Source: Octopus vulgaris
Taxonomy: Eukaryota
Reading direction: 5' to 3'
NCBI GenBank assembly: GCA_951406725.2
Contig: OX597838.1
Coordinates: 18,042,001-18,106,000, forward strand
Length of the DNA: 64,000 nucleotides
Under the pieces are notes generated by a model. That model searched no databases. It worked only from the letters and a program-made list of their open reading frames with translations, and had not been told where the DNA came from. This document shows, piece after piece, positions 40,353 through 53,482 of this stretch; positions within the stretch are counted from its first letter, which is position 1, and every line of letters starts with the position of its first letter. The translations under genes and the position numbers were made by a program.

Positions 40353-40411
40353 CCATGTTTCAGAGCCATACAAAAGCACAGATTTTACGTTTGAACTAAA
40401 TAAGCGGAGTT

Positions 40412-40545
40412 TGTGTGTATGTTTGAGTGTAAAGAATTTCACGAGTGCGTCAGTGTGATTTTAAAAAATAAATGATCTGTTACGTACGTTTTTAAAATCA
40501 CACTGTCGCTCTCATGAAATTCTTTACACACATGCATACACACAC
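40412..40545. repeat. Inverted repeat with ~55-bp arms and ~20-bp spacer
   Basis: TGTAAAGAATTTCACGAGTGCGTCAGTGTGATTTTAAAAA versus TTTTTAAAATCACACTGTCGCTCTCATGAAATTCTTTACA. Confidence 0.85.
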
Positions 40546-40553
40546 ACTGACAA

Positions 40554-40603
<50 letters not shown>

Positions 40604-40695
40604 AGCGTGAGCAATATACCATCATAGAGAGTAATACAGAGTGTGGTAAATATAAGGCGAGGGGGGTGGAGTTTACCTAGAGAAAATCGAAAAAT

Positions 40696-40739
<44 letters not shown>

Positions 40740-41017
40740 GGGGAGAGAGAAAAATTTCCTGTTGATGTCATAGATTTTGAAATTCTCAAATTTGGTATAT
40801 TGATGTACTATTTCATGCTGTATTCGTGTTTGTGATTCATTTATTCCAGAAAAAGTTTAGAAAACGTGTTATAGGTGTTTAAATCTTGATCATTTTCACC
40901 CAATTAGGAAATAGGATTCGTTCGTGATAGCTGTGTATCAGAAAATGAAAATAAACATTGGAACGAAGATTTAAAGAAAATGAAAGCAATGCATGAGAGA
41001 CAATACATATACAGAGA

Positions 41018-41051
<34 letters not shown>

Positions 41052-41379
41052 GGGAGATACTGCGCAACTGGTTTAGGTGTATCCCTTGGTGTAGATGTGT
41101 CTCCTCAAGTGATTTTCAAGAGATATCTCGTTAAAATAAACTCTATTTCGCACAACTTCTTATTGCATGTTTACTTCTTGGGCTTCGTAGATAGAAATGG
41201 CAAACTGACGGATACTGCTTCATTCTTATAGAAGAACAATGGACAATGATCAGATACGAAATGAAACAAATATACAATAAAGCATTCGTTATAAATTTGA
41301 TGGCGTCTCAATCTTTCTGGTGGAAAGAATAAGACGAATCAAAAACTAGATCCTTTCGTGATAGTATATATATATAACA

Positions 41380-41465
<86 letters not shown>

Positions 41466-41749
41466 CACTCACACACACACACACTTCCCTCATACACACA
41501 CAAGATATTCTGTTATTCCCCGCCAAGCTCCGTTAAAAACGAAAATACCAGTGTGCGAAGAAGAACAAAATTAGCTAGGCGGAGCAAGAGCACACGCAAA
41601 GGCGGAAGGTGTCGCTGAAGAGGTCACAGATGCGTGACGAAAGATTTCCGGACAATGGACTGCAGTTAGAATAAGAACAGTAATAAATGAGTGAAGAACG
41701 AATATGTGTTTATTTGGCAAAAAGAAAAAGTGACCATCTCGAAATACAG

Positions 41750-41837
<88 letters not shown>

Positions 41838-41869
41838 TTAAGGAATAAAAGAATATATATATATTCTTT

Positions 41870-42071
41870 TATTCCTTACCTTGTTTCAGTCATTTGATTG
41901 CGGCCATGTTGTCGCACCGACTGCAGTCGAAGAAACCGATCCTAGGACTTATTCTTTGTAAGCCTAGCATTTATTCTATCGGTCTCTTTTGCCGAACCGT
42001 TAGACTACGGAGACGTAAACACAGCGACATCGGTTGTCAACCGATGGTGGGAGTACAAACACAGACACACA

Positions 42072-42112
<41 letters not shown>

Positions 42113-42232
42113 TATATATACAAAGGGCTTCTTTCAGTTTCCGTCGACCAAATCTTTTGAGTGGCTTTGGTCGGCTCGAGGCTAAAGCAGAATACACTTG
42201 CCCAAGGTGCCACACAGTGGGACTGAACCCAG
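41870..42232 (-). mobile_element. SINE family B (diverged)
   Basis: Family B tail, body and partial head. Confidence 0.75.
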
Positions 42233-42581
42233 AATACACACACATATTCCGCAAAAAAATCTCAAATTTTATTTAATTTGCTTTGTGGGAAGGATTGTTT
42301 CAACGGAGTCGTGTCTCGTCTTTACCTTCGAAACGCGGAGTAGATGAAACAGAGGCGGCTGAAAAAGGGGTATGTTCCTTGTATTGTATGTCTTGTACTC
42401 TATTTTTTCGTTGTTTAAGAAAAATGTCCATTTCCTTGGTTTTGTTTTTATGTTTTCGTTTCTCATTGTGTTCGACGTTTTTTTGGTGTCCTGTACTCAT
42501 ATATGCATGTATATATACATATTGATGCAGGTACGTACATATATGTATGTATATATGCATATGTTTTATTTATTATTTTGT

Positions 42582-42664
<83 letters not shown>

Positions 42665-42867
42665 GAGAGAGACAGAGAGACAGAGAGAGAGTTGGCTTGT
42701 TTGCGTATGTTGAAGTAAGCAGACCAATTGATTAGTGATGCGGGTTTTGATGGACTTAGCCATGACATATATTAGCCACCTCTCGTTGGCTTCCATCACA
42801 AATATGAAGCAGGTGGATATATGAATGAGGATAATAAAACTAACCGCCACCACCACCACCACTACAT

Positions 42868-42910
<43 letters not shown>

Positions 42911-42962
42911 CACCACCACCACCACCACCACCACTACTACTACTACTACCACCACCACCACC

Positions 42963-43002
<40 letters not shown>

Positions 43003-43028
43003 CTAGCTGTAGTAATAATAATAATAAC

Positions 43029-43068
<40 letters not shown>

Positions 43069-43173
43069 ATTATAATATAAAAATCGCCATTTATAGTTTA
43101 GGAATGTATATATATTTACACGAGTCGCTTCTTTCGGTATGAAATGACTGTTGGTAATGGCTAACATTTTACT

Positions 43174-43230
<57 letters not shown>

Positions 43231-43505
43231 CACGCGCACACTGAGTTATTGATAAAAGTAACGTAGGCCTTATATACAAATGTACATTGCTACTCTGAAT
43301 TTCTGCGCAATTAAACAATTAATTACGCATTCGTCAGACAGCTTACTCGTTCAAGTATACTTATATACGCACACACATGCTCACTCACTCACACACACAC
43401 ACACACACACACATACACGCACATGCACATATATACATAAATATTTACATTTATATATGTATACACACACACACACATATACATATATACGTATATATAC
43501 GTATG

Positions 43506-43552
<47 letters not shown>

Positions 43553-43598
43553 GTATGTATGTATATATATATATATATATATACGTATATATATATAT

Positions 43599-43691
<93 letters not shown>

Positions 43692-43713
43692 TAGATAGAT
43701 CTATCTATCTGTC

Positions 43714-43776
<63 letters not shown>

Positions 43777-43929
43777 CTATGGGTCTTATCTGTTTGCCCG
43801 TCTATACCCGCTCACACAAACACACATAAATATCGCCTGTAAATGTCTAAGAGATGTAAGTTTTTTATGGCTGAGATGTGTTATGCCGGAGGTGACATAC
43901 ATGTCGAGTGTGCTGTGGAGTGTATGCTA

Positions 43930-44455
43930 AATTATCCGTGTCTGCTTGTTCAACACGTTTTCCTTTCCCTCCCATATCAATAGTGCTTAGTGGTGAAATA
44001 TTGGGATGATTAAATTGCTTAAAGTGAAAGTCTAGTATTTTGTCCTTAATTTGATTAAATTCATGCCCGACTGCCTGAATGTGGCTTCCCAAAACCTTTG
44101 ACTCTACAACACTGTGTATAAATTCTATACTTCGAATGACCAATTTTAAATACTGTTGGATCTTACTCATAAGGTATTGGAATCTTACATATATACCATT
44201 CTGCATAAAAAAATGGATCTACAAATTCAATATCCCTACATATCTCACATCTATTTTCTCTCCTCCACCTCACTCTCTATTTTGCATCTTATCTAAATTA
44301 GCTATTACTTAACCATCCTCTCACACCGTCTCCGATGAGGGGATATAATTAATAAATATCCTGGAAACAGCTGTAAGACATTCCATCTATAAATGTTCTA
44401 ATATCTACACAGCCATGGCTTTTTTTTTTTTATCTCATAACGCAAAAAATTCTTA
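43930..44455 (+). mobile_element. Penelope-like element 3' end/pLTR with hammerhead-like motif
   Basis: GTCT-CCGATGA-GGGGATAT..ATATCCT-GGAAAC-AGCT-GTA-AGAC at 44328-44379; downstream sequence is shared with 36447-36520. Confidence 0.55.
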
Positions 44456-44476
44456 CATACATACATACGTACGCAT

Positions 44477-44868
44477 TCTATCCAGATTACAAGTTCGGGT
44501 TCATACCTGTAATTAATGGAACACTGGGATATGTAACATAGTTCCTAATTACCAATCGTGAGAGATTAGGCTTCTCAAAATCAGAAAGGAGAAAGCTGAT
44601 TCGAAGACTACAAATCCAAGCCATCACTGGAACTATAAAAATCTGTAAAACTTTTCAGAAATTTATCATTTAATTATATATGAGTATGTCTAAACATGTA
44701 ACTATATGCATGCGAAGACATACATAACACAAAGCATAGGAATTTCCGCCTAAACACACATACATACCCTGTTCTTTATTTGAAATTCCAATGAAGCAGC
44801 CGTGGATCTAGGTTAGAAACCGGCTCTTTCTCTATTGGCAAGAAATCTTGAAATAAACTGAACTATGA
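44477..44868 (+). mobile_element. RLE-type (R4/Dong-like) LINE 3' fragment, copy 1
   Basis: FIPVINGTLGYV..LGFSKSERRKLIRRLQIQAITGTIKICKTFQKFII* plus 3' UTR; flanked by (CATA)n. Confidence 0.7.
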
Positions 44869-45054
44869 CATACATGCGTAGATACATATATGCATACATG
44901 CAGGCATACATACATGCATGCATATATACATACATGCATACATACATACATGCATGCATACATACATACATGCATGCATACATAAATGCATGCATACATA
45001 CATGCATGCATACATACATGCATGCATATATACATGCATACTTACATACATACA

Positions 45055-45470
45055 TGATGGCTGCCCCCTCGTTATCGAGTATGGCCATTGCACGAAGCTT
45101 AACTGTTATTGGTGCTGAGATCGAATGTGACTTTTATTTGCTTTTTAAGGCTACAGCCAGCTATTCAGTTGAGACTCACAGCACCATCAACAGTCATGAA
45201 CAATGTTGTTATCGTGTAATGCCTGTGCAAGAAGATTTTTTTAAAGTGAGGAAAGGCTGTGCACTGAGTCAATCCCACTCATTAAGCAACAGCACCCATA
45301 ATCCGAAAAGAAGAACAAGTCAACATCATCGGTAACCACTGAGCCGCAGGTTTTATGTCGGAGTTATCCCTGTTACTTGAGTTACCTTCTCCTAGAAGGA
45401 TGCCCTAACAAAGGCTAGGAGTCCTTCACTCCCAATGGTTTAACTGCGCGATCGGGTATTCAGTCCGATT
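45055..45470 (-). mobile_element. Bipartite non-autonomous RTE derivative (5' UTR plus 3' end)
   Basis: CCTTCTCCTAGAAGGATGCC..CAAAGGCTAG resembles RTE 5' UTRs; the minus-strand end TGCAATGGCCATACTCGATAACGAGGGGGCAGCCATCAT resembles RTE 3' termini. Confidence 0.5.
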
Positions 45471-45630
45471 ATTTCTCATACATATATGCATGCATACATG
45501 CATATATATGCATGCATACATACGTACGTACATACATACATACATACATACATGCATACATACATACATACATACATACATACATACATACATACATACA
45601 TACATACAACATACATACATACATACATAT

Positions 45631-46147
45631 AATAGACCTGACATAGTGATTTGGGACAGAGAAGACAAACTGTGTACAGTAGTGGAAATTAGCAGTCCAG
45701 CGGTGTGTAAAGATCAGTGAAAAAAAATCCCTACACTGAACTATTGAGAAATCTGCAGTTACTCTACCCGGGTTAGGTTTATACCTGTAATTATTGGAGC
45801 ACTGAGATATGTAACACACTGCCTTAGAATCAATCTTGAGAAATTAGGCTTCTCAAAACCAGAAAGAAGAAAGCTGTTTCGAAGACTACAGATCCAAGCC
45901 ATCACTGGAACTGTAAATATCTGTAAAACTTTCCAGAAGTTTATCATTTGAGTATATATATATGAGTACATCTACATAAGCAAGTATATGCATGAGAATA
46001 TATACATAAAAAACATACTAATCTATACATGCAGTGACTCTAGATACTACACATATACACGCATACATGCACATTTACTCTGTTGATGTTGAAATTCCGA
46101 TGAAACCGGCTCTTTCTCTACTGGCAAGAAATCTTGAAATAAAACTA
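45631..46147 (+). mobile_element. RLE-type (R4/Dong-like) LINE 3' fragment, copy 2
   Basis: NRPDIVIWDREDKLCTVVEISSP (PD-(D/E)xK-like restriction-like endonuclease)..FIPVIIGAL..LQIQAITGT; the 5' junction is in pure (CATA)n. Confidence 0.8.
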
Positions 46148-46489
46148 CATATGTATCTACGATGATGTTTTAACGTCATTATGCTGCGGAAAAATAAGTA
46201 ACGAACAATATTTAATTAATTATTAAAACGACCATTTAAGTCGATTATTTTAATCGTTACGATATAAAATTAACGACGTCGTCGCGTCGTGGTGTGTAGA
46301 CAAATTATTTGTTTGTTGCAGGGAATTATTTTCTGTGGACCCCTCGTTCATTCTGTATGTCTGTGGTTTCTCTGCGAAGAAAGACATAGTAATAATTATC
46401 TTTATGATTAGAGAAAATGATAATTCTATTCTCGCGCGTCATTCTTTGACTAGGGATCGGTCGATGTTCTTAGTTTGGCGTCTCATTGG

Positions 46490-46876
46490 ATGGAAGCACT
46501 CCGTCGATTACGACGATGAGGGTTCCGGTTGATCCGAATCAACGGAACAGCCTGCTCGTGAAATTAACGTGTAAGTGGCTGAGCACTCCACAGACACGTG
46601 CACCCTTAACGTAGTTCTCGGGGATATTCAGCGTGACACAGAGAGTGACAAGGCCGGCCCCTTGAAATACAGGTACAACAGAAACAGGAAGTAAGAGTGA
46701 GAGAAAGTTGTGGTGAAAGAGTACAGCAGGGATCACCACCACCCACTGCCGGAGCCTCGTGGAGCTTTAGGTGTTTTCGCTCAATAAACACTCACAACGC
46801 CCGGTCTGGGAATCGAGACCGCGATCCTATGACCGCGAGTCCGCTGCCCTAACCACTGGGCCATTGCGCCTCCACG
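46490..46876 (-). mobile_element. SINE family C with tail type a
   Basis: Full-length; 12-bp TSD TGGCGTCTCATT. Confidence 0.9.
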
Positions 46877-47009
46877 TGGCGTCTCATTAATATTTGGTTC
46901 TATATTTATATGTTTGGTAATTAAAATAGATCAACTGAGAGCAATAGATTTTTATACCAATATTATCAGGGCTAACCGCGGAATTCCTTGAGAAAGATCA
47001 GGAGTTCAA

Positions 47010-47427
47010 TTTCTCTTTCTCTTTCTCTTTTCTCTTTTACTTGTTTCAGTCATTTGACTGCGGCCATGCTGGAGCACCACCTTTAATCGAGCAACTCGAC
47101 CCTGGTACTTATTCTTTGTAAGCCCAGTACTTATTCTATCGGTCTCTTTTGCCGAACCGCTAAGTGACGGGGTCATAAACACACCAGCATCGGTTGTCAA
47201 GCAATGCTAGGGGGACAAACACAGACACACAAACACACAGCACATATATATATATATATACATATGTACGTCGGGCTTCTTTCAGTTTCCGTCTGCCAAA
47301 TCCATTCACAAGGCTTTGGTCAGCCCTAGGCTATAGCAGAAGACACTTGCCCAAGGTGCCACGCAGTGGGACTGAACCCGGAACCATGTGATCGGTTAGC
47401 AAGCTACTTACCACACAGCCACTCCTG
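47010..47427 (-). mobile_element. SINE family B
   Basis: Full-length. Confidence 0.85.
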
Positions 47428-47544
47428 TTAATCTATAAGTGCAGAGAGGAGAAAACAATAGACAGGAAATTTGTTTGACAATGTTTGAGAAATGTGGATC
47501 CAGTTTCGAATCCTCGCTTAGCTATCTATTCTGCAGCTATTCAC

Positions 47545-47583
<39 letters not shown>

Positions 47584-47588
47584 ACACT

Positions 47589-47643
<55 letters not shown>

Positions 47644-48121
47644 CGAGTAGGTCAAGTCGATTACATCGACACCAATGCACAACCGGTGTTTATTTATTTT
47701 ATCAACCTCGAAAGGATGAAACGTAAAGACGACCTCGCTGTAATTATTATTGTAATTAATGGTAAAAAATTATTGATAATTGTTATTATTTTGACACTGC
47801 AACCAGTATTCAATTCTGCGTCCATCGCATGTTTTGTTCTAGGGCATGGGGTTCCCTAATCTGACTCAGTTGGTCGGTTTTCACTATGTTTTTTTTTTAG
47901 TGTGCTATTTTTCATTTTTGTTTTTTTTTTATTGCATAATTATCTATTCTGCTCATTTAATCAATTTGTAACATGCCTAATTATTGCTCTATTGTATAAA
48001 ATTTCAGACTTTCGTCTCGTTTTTTATATAAATTTTGTAACTGCATACTTTTGATTAGCATGTGTGCGTTCCCCTACCCCTACTCCATAGGCCTTTGATA
48101 GTTAAACATAGAAAAATTAGT

Positions 48122-48441
48122 GGCACTCCGTCGGTTACGACGACGATCGTTCCAGTTGATCCGATCAACGGAACAGCCTGCACGTGAAATTAACGTGCAA
48201 GTGACTGAGTACTCCGCAGACGTGTATCCTTAACGTAGTTGTCAGGGAGATTCAGCATGACAGAGAATGTGACAAGGCTGGCCGTTTGAAATAGGGGCAC
48301 CACTAATCTTTGCCTTCTCAGTTGACTAGAGAAACGCGAAATAAAGTGTTTTGCTCAAAGACACAATGCGTCGCTGGGAATCGAACTCACGACCTTACGC
48401 CCGTGAGCCGAATGCCTTAACCATTAGGCTACCTGTCTTCC
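48122..48441 (-). mobile_element. SINE family D head with tail type a (diverged)
   Basis: Homologous to 16082-16401; TSD AGAAAAATTAGT. Confidence 0.8.
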
Positions 48442-48499
48442 CTACAGAAAAATTAGTATTTCGGTAAAATGCCGGATATTTCTTTCTGTTCTTTATCTA

Positions 48500-48672
48500 C
48501 TCTTTACTCTTTTACTCTTTTACTTGCGGCCATGCTGGAGCACCGCCTTTAGTCGAGCAAATCGACCCCCACCAGGACTTATTCTTTGTAAGCCTAGTAC
48601 TTATTCTATCGGTCTCTCTTTTTGCCGAACCGCTAAGTTACGGGGAAGTAAACACATCAGCATGGGTTGTCA
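48500..48672 (-). mobile_element. SINE family B 3' fragment
   Basis: Tail repeats and body. Confidence 0.7.
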
Positions 48673-48739
48673 AGAGATCAAATTCCGCCGAGGTCGATTT
48701 TTGCTTTTATTTATCCTTTCGGAGCTCGATTGATTAAGT

Positions 48740-49013
48740 CAGTGCTTTTCAAACTTTTTTGCTGGAGCGGAACCCCAAGGAAACATTCCACTGGCTCGGG
48801 GTACCCCTGTGCAATAATTTAATAGTCTTATGCACACATATCTGCACAGGCGCAGAAGTGGCTGTGTGGTAAGTAGCTCGCTAACCAATCACATGGTTCC
48901 GGGTTCAGTCCCACTGTGTGGCATCTTGGGCAAGTGTCTTCTGCTATAGCCTCGGGCCGACCAAAGCCTTGTGAGTGGATTTGGTGGACGGAAACTGAAA
49001 GAAGCCTGTCGTA

Positions 49014-49083
<70 letters not shown>

Positions 49084-49403
49084 TGTGTCTGTGTTTGTCC
49101 CCCTACCATTGCTTGACAACCGATGCTGGTGTGTTTATGTCCCCGTCACTTAGCGGTTCGGGAAAAGAGAGACCGATAGAATATGTACTGGGCTTACAAA
49201 AAGAATAAGTCCCGGGGACGATTTGCTCGACTAAAGGCGGTGCTCCTGCATGGCCGCAGTCAAATGACTGAAACAAGTAAAAGAGTAAAGAGTAAGAGTA
49301 TATCTGCACAGGAGAATTAAAAATTACTGCCGAGTTTAGCAGTTTTGTAACTTCTTGCGGAACCCCTGGACTGTACTAGCGGAACCCTAGTTGAAAGCCA
49401 CTG
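48740..49403 (-). mobile_element. hAT MITE (same family as 13777-13996), split by a SINE family B copy
   Basis: TIRs CAGTGCTTTTCAAAC / GTTGAAAGCCACTG; 8-bp TSD GATTAAGT; lies inside a family A SINE (48678-49520). Confidence 0.9.
48848..49299 (+). mobile_element. SINE family B inserted in the hAT MITE
   Basis: Full-length; TSD ATATCTGCAC(AGG). Confidence 0.9.
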
Positions 49404-49505
49404 GATTAAGTAACCAGTGAAACACTGAGGGGGTCGATGTAATCGAGTATCCCCCTCCCACCTCTCCCCGCAAATTTCAAGGCCTTGTACCAATAGTAAA
49501 AAGGC

Positions 49506-49537
<32 letters not shown>

Positions 49538-49743
49538 TATTTCTTTACTACCCACAGAGGGGGCAAACAAAGGGATTAACTCGATTATATCGACCCCAGT
49601 GCGTAACTGGTACTTAATTTATCGGCCCCGGAAGGATGAAAGGCAAAGTCGACCTCGGCGGAATTTGAACTCGGAACGTAACGACAGACGAAATACGGCT
49701 ACGCATTTCGCCCGGCGTGCTAACGTTTCTGCCAGCTCGCCGC
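49538..49743 (-). mobile_element. SINE family A in (ATT)n
   Basis: Head, central domain and shortened tail. Confidence 0.8.
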
Positions 49744-49934
49744 TATTATTATTATTATTATTATTGTTCTTATTGTTGTCTTCCTCCTCGTTTACGGTCC
49801 ACTCCCTTATCCTTTCCCACATCAACTGCGACTCCTGTTCGCAGTTATTTCCACCATAATTATTGTTTGTGTAGTTTGTTTATGTAGCTTGTTTTAAACA
49901 TCAACTCAACTCTACGGCTAATCATTATCTTTTT

Positions 49935-49968
49935 CACCACCACTACCACAAAAACCACTACCACCACA

Positions 49969-50039
<71 letters not shown>

Positions 50040-50043
50040 CACC

Positions 50044-50094
<51 letters not shown>

Positions 50095-50154
50095 GCTACT
50101 ACTGCTACTACTACTACTACTACTATTAATAATAATAATAATAATACCACCACC

Positions 50155-50225
<71 letters not shown>

Positions 50226-50235
50226 CACCACCACC

Positions 50236-50269
<34 letters not shown>

Positions 50270-50333
50270 ATACCACCACTACTACTACTACTACTACTAT
50301 TAATAATAATAATAATAATAATACCACCACCAT

Positions 50334-50377
<44 letters not shown>

Positions 50378-50382
50378 ATACC

Positions 50383-50472
<90 letters not shown>

Positions 50473-51502
50473 GCTAGTACCGTCTCTGTTACTCAACCCC
50501 CCTCCCCACGCACACATACACACCAGCAACAACTATCACTATTACCAGCGAAAAGCTGCTACGTCTACATCGGCCAACAGCATCCACGCCACTTCCATCT
50601 GCATCAACACTGCGGCTATTATCATCAACCATACACAACCAATGCAGTCAGCACTACAACGCGCAAGCACCACCACCACCACCACCACCACCACCACCAC
50701 CACTACCACCACCACTACCTCCACCACCACCACCACCACCACCACCACCACCACCACCACCACCACCTCCGCCACCACCACTACCACCACCATCACCAAT
50801 ACCATTACTACCACCACCACCATCGCCAATACCACCACCACCACCACCAACTCCACCACCACCACTACCTCCGCCACCACCACCACCACCACCACCACCA
50901 CCACCACCACCACCACTACTACCTCCGCCACCACCACCACCTCCGCCACCACCACCACCACCACCACCACCACCACCACCACCACCACCACCACCACCAC
51001 CACCACCACCACCACCACCACCACCACCACCACCACCATCACCAATACCATTACTACCACCACCACCATCGCCAATACCACCACCACCACCACCAACTCC
51101 ACCACCACCATCCACAACCACCAAACACTACACCTAATGCGTCATCTCTACACTCCTACAGTTTCATTTACCACTGCTACACGCACCCTAACACCACTCG
51201 TCCTCCACCACTACTACCACTACCGCCGTACACAAACACCAACATCACATCTACCACAGCACCATTACCGCTACACTTCCTTCGTGACACCTCCACTTGT
51301 ACACTCACCACCACCACCACAACCACCACCACTACCAACAACAACTACAACAACCCACAGCAAAACCACCAACACCTCTACCGCCACCACCACCACTATC
51401 ACCGTTACCACTACCAACACCACCATCACCACTACCACCAACATCCACCACAACCAGCACTACCATCACAACCACCACCACCACCACCACCACCACATAT
51501 CT

Positions 51503-51551
<49 letters not shown>

Positions 51552-51562
51552 CACTACTACCA
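49935..51562. repeat. Long compound (CTA)n/(CCA)n/(AAT)n microsatellite region
   Basis: Seen directly; it is the source of the poly-T, poly-V and poly-G ORFs. Confidence 0.9.
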
Positions 51563-52077
51563 CATCCTTCTCCACTCACAACCATTTCTACAGATAACTG
51601 ATAGGGTTTTCATTGTGTACGAAACTTCCTTCTCTGAAGAAGTTGTTAACAGCATCATTTGAAGAGTTTATCTCGAAGGGTATACCCCGCTACCATTTTG
51701 TTATTTAGTAATGGATACTTAACTCCCTACCCACCTACCTGTATCTCCCTAGCTTATCTACTACATACCTGTCTACCTACCTCTAAACGCATATACATAT
51801 GGCTACCCGCTCACAGGGTTATTGGGTGGGGTCTGTCTCCACCGACAAGAGAAACAAGCTTTGTTTAAACATTACTTTTAAATGTTTTCGATTAGAATGC
51901 CACCCTGTTATTAATAGGGTTATCAGTTAGGTCGGCTACAGTGGCTTTGCAATCTAGGTCTATTAAATGACTTAATGTCTGAAGCGAGTGATTGTCAGTT
52001 ATTATTAATCCTATCTTTAGAATGCATTGACGACGGTCGGAGTCATGTGCTGGTTATCTGTTCTTTTAATAACTTTT

Positions 52078-52146
<69 letters not shown>

Positions 52147-52275
52147 TCGAAATGAGGAGTAGATAGACAGCCGACAAGTGATGAAGGGTCGTCCTTTATG
52201 TTACCTGTCCTGTTTTCCATTTGTTTGTGTATTTCATGTTGTTTACTGTTGGTAACGTCCTGTACCCATATATGC

Positions 52276-52311
<36 letters not shown>

Positions 52312-52316
<5 letters not shown>

Positions 52317-52643
52317 CTTGATGACTGACCAGTCAGTCGGGAGTCCATTTGACACCGCTGGTCACAGCACGCTGTCCACTCCTCTCTGGATCGCGCCTTT
52401 CTCATCCACGTGGTCCCAATCGTCCTCTTGAAATCGCAACTCCACCGTCGTTGAGGCCTTCCGAGTGGTCGTTTCCGCTCGCACGGGAACCACTCGACAA
52501 CTGCGCGGGTCCACCGATTATCGGTGAGCCGGGCGACGTGGAATCTCGTTGAGAGGGTACATCAGTAGCAAGGTCACCAGAGAGAAGTCCGGCGTGAGGA
52601 ATGTCATCGTAGAATATACACGCAGCAAGTTTAGATGGGCTGC
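52312..52643 (-). mobile_element. RTE-like LINE 3' fragment with 5' inversion
   Basis: Minus strand 52540-52312: HVARLTDNRWTRAVVEWFPCERKRPLGRPQRRW..W.RKARSREEW. Plus strand 52540-52643: GISLRGYISSKVTREKSGVRNVI..KFRWA. Confidence 0.8.
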
Positions 52644-52652
52644 ACGAACACG

Positions 52653-52722
<70 letters not shown>

Positions 52723-52764
52723 ATATATGTATGTATGTATATAGATATAGTTAAAATTTACCGA

Positions 52765-52935
52765 AAAGAAAAGACGAAGAAAGGAGACGGAACAAGCAGG
52801 TGTATTAGTTAAAACTCGGGAAGAATGGAAGCGTCTTTTACGTTTCGAATCTATGCTCTTCGACGGAAAGGATTAAGAGTTGGGAGGGAATGGAAAAAAA
52901 AAAAAAAGAAACGGGGAGAGAAAAAATGTGTAGAG
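52765..52935 (-). mobile_element. Penelope-like pLTR-type repeat with hammerhead-like motif
   Basis: Reverse complement reads CTTT-CCGTCGA-A-GAGCATAGATTC-GAAACGTA-AAAGA; homologous to 28320-28470. Confidence 0.5.
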
Positions 52936-53009
52936 ATATGATGAAATGGCCGAATTGCAAAGATCCAGAGTTCCATTATTTAATTTTTAATCATTTAATC
53001 TTCGTATCT

Positions 53010-53143
53010 TAGGAGTGGCTGTGTGGTAAGTAGCTTGCTTACCAACCACATGGTTCCCAGTTCAATCCCACTTCTACTATAGCCTCGTAGCAACCAAAGC
53101 CTTGTGAGTGGGTTCGGTAGACGGAAAATGAAAGAAGTCCGTC

Positions 53144-53183
<40 letters not shown>

Positions 53184-53395
53184 ATGTTTGTGTGTCTGTT
53201 TGTCCTCCCAGCATCGCTTGAAAACCGATGCTGGTGTGTTTACGTCCCGGTCATCTAGCGGTTCGGCAAGAGAGACCGATAGAATAAGTACTGGGCTTAC
53301 AAAAAATAAGTTCTGGGATCAACTTGCTCGACTAAAGGTGGTGCTCCAGCATGGCCGCAGTCAAATGACTGAAACAAATAAAAGAAATAAAAAGA
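53010..53395 (+). mobile_element. SINE family B (internal deletion)
   Basis: Head, body and tail match family B. Confidence 0.8.
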
Positions 53396-53482
53396 AAACG
53401 ATGTATATGTCATACATATGGACGTTAATCACACAGCTTCAGCACCATTTGAAATGTTGTGGTACTCTCTTCGTTACTGAGG

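Noticed and set aside
50642-51601. 319-aa mucin-like poly-Thr ORF (and antisense poly-Val/Gly ORFs)
   Set aside because: Stop-free (ACC)n/(ACT)n repeat that is open in several frames; no signal peptide or splice support.
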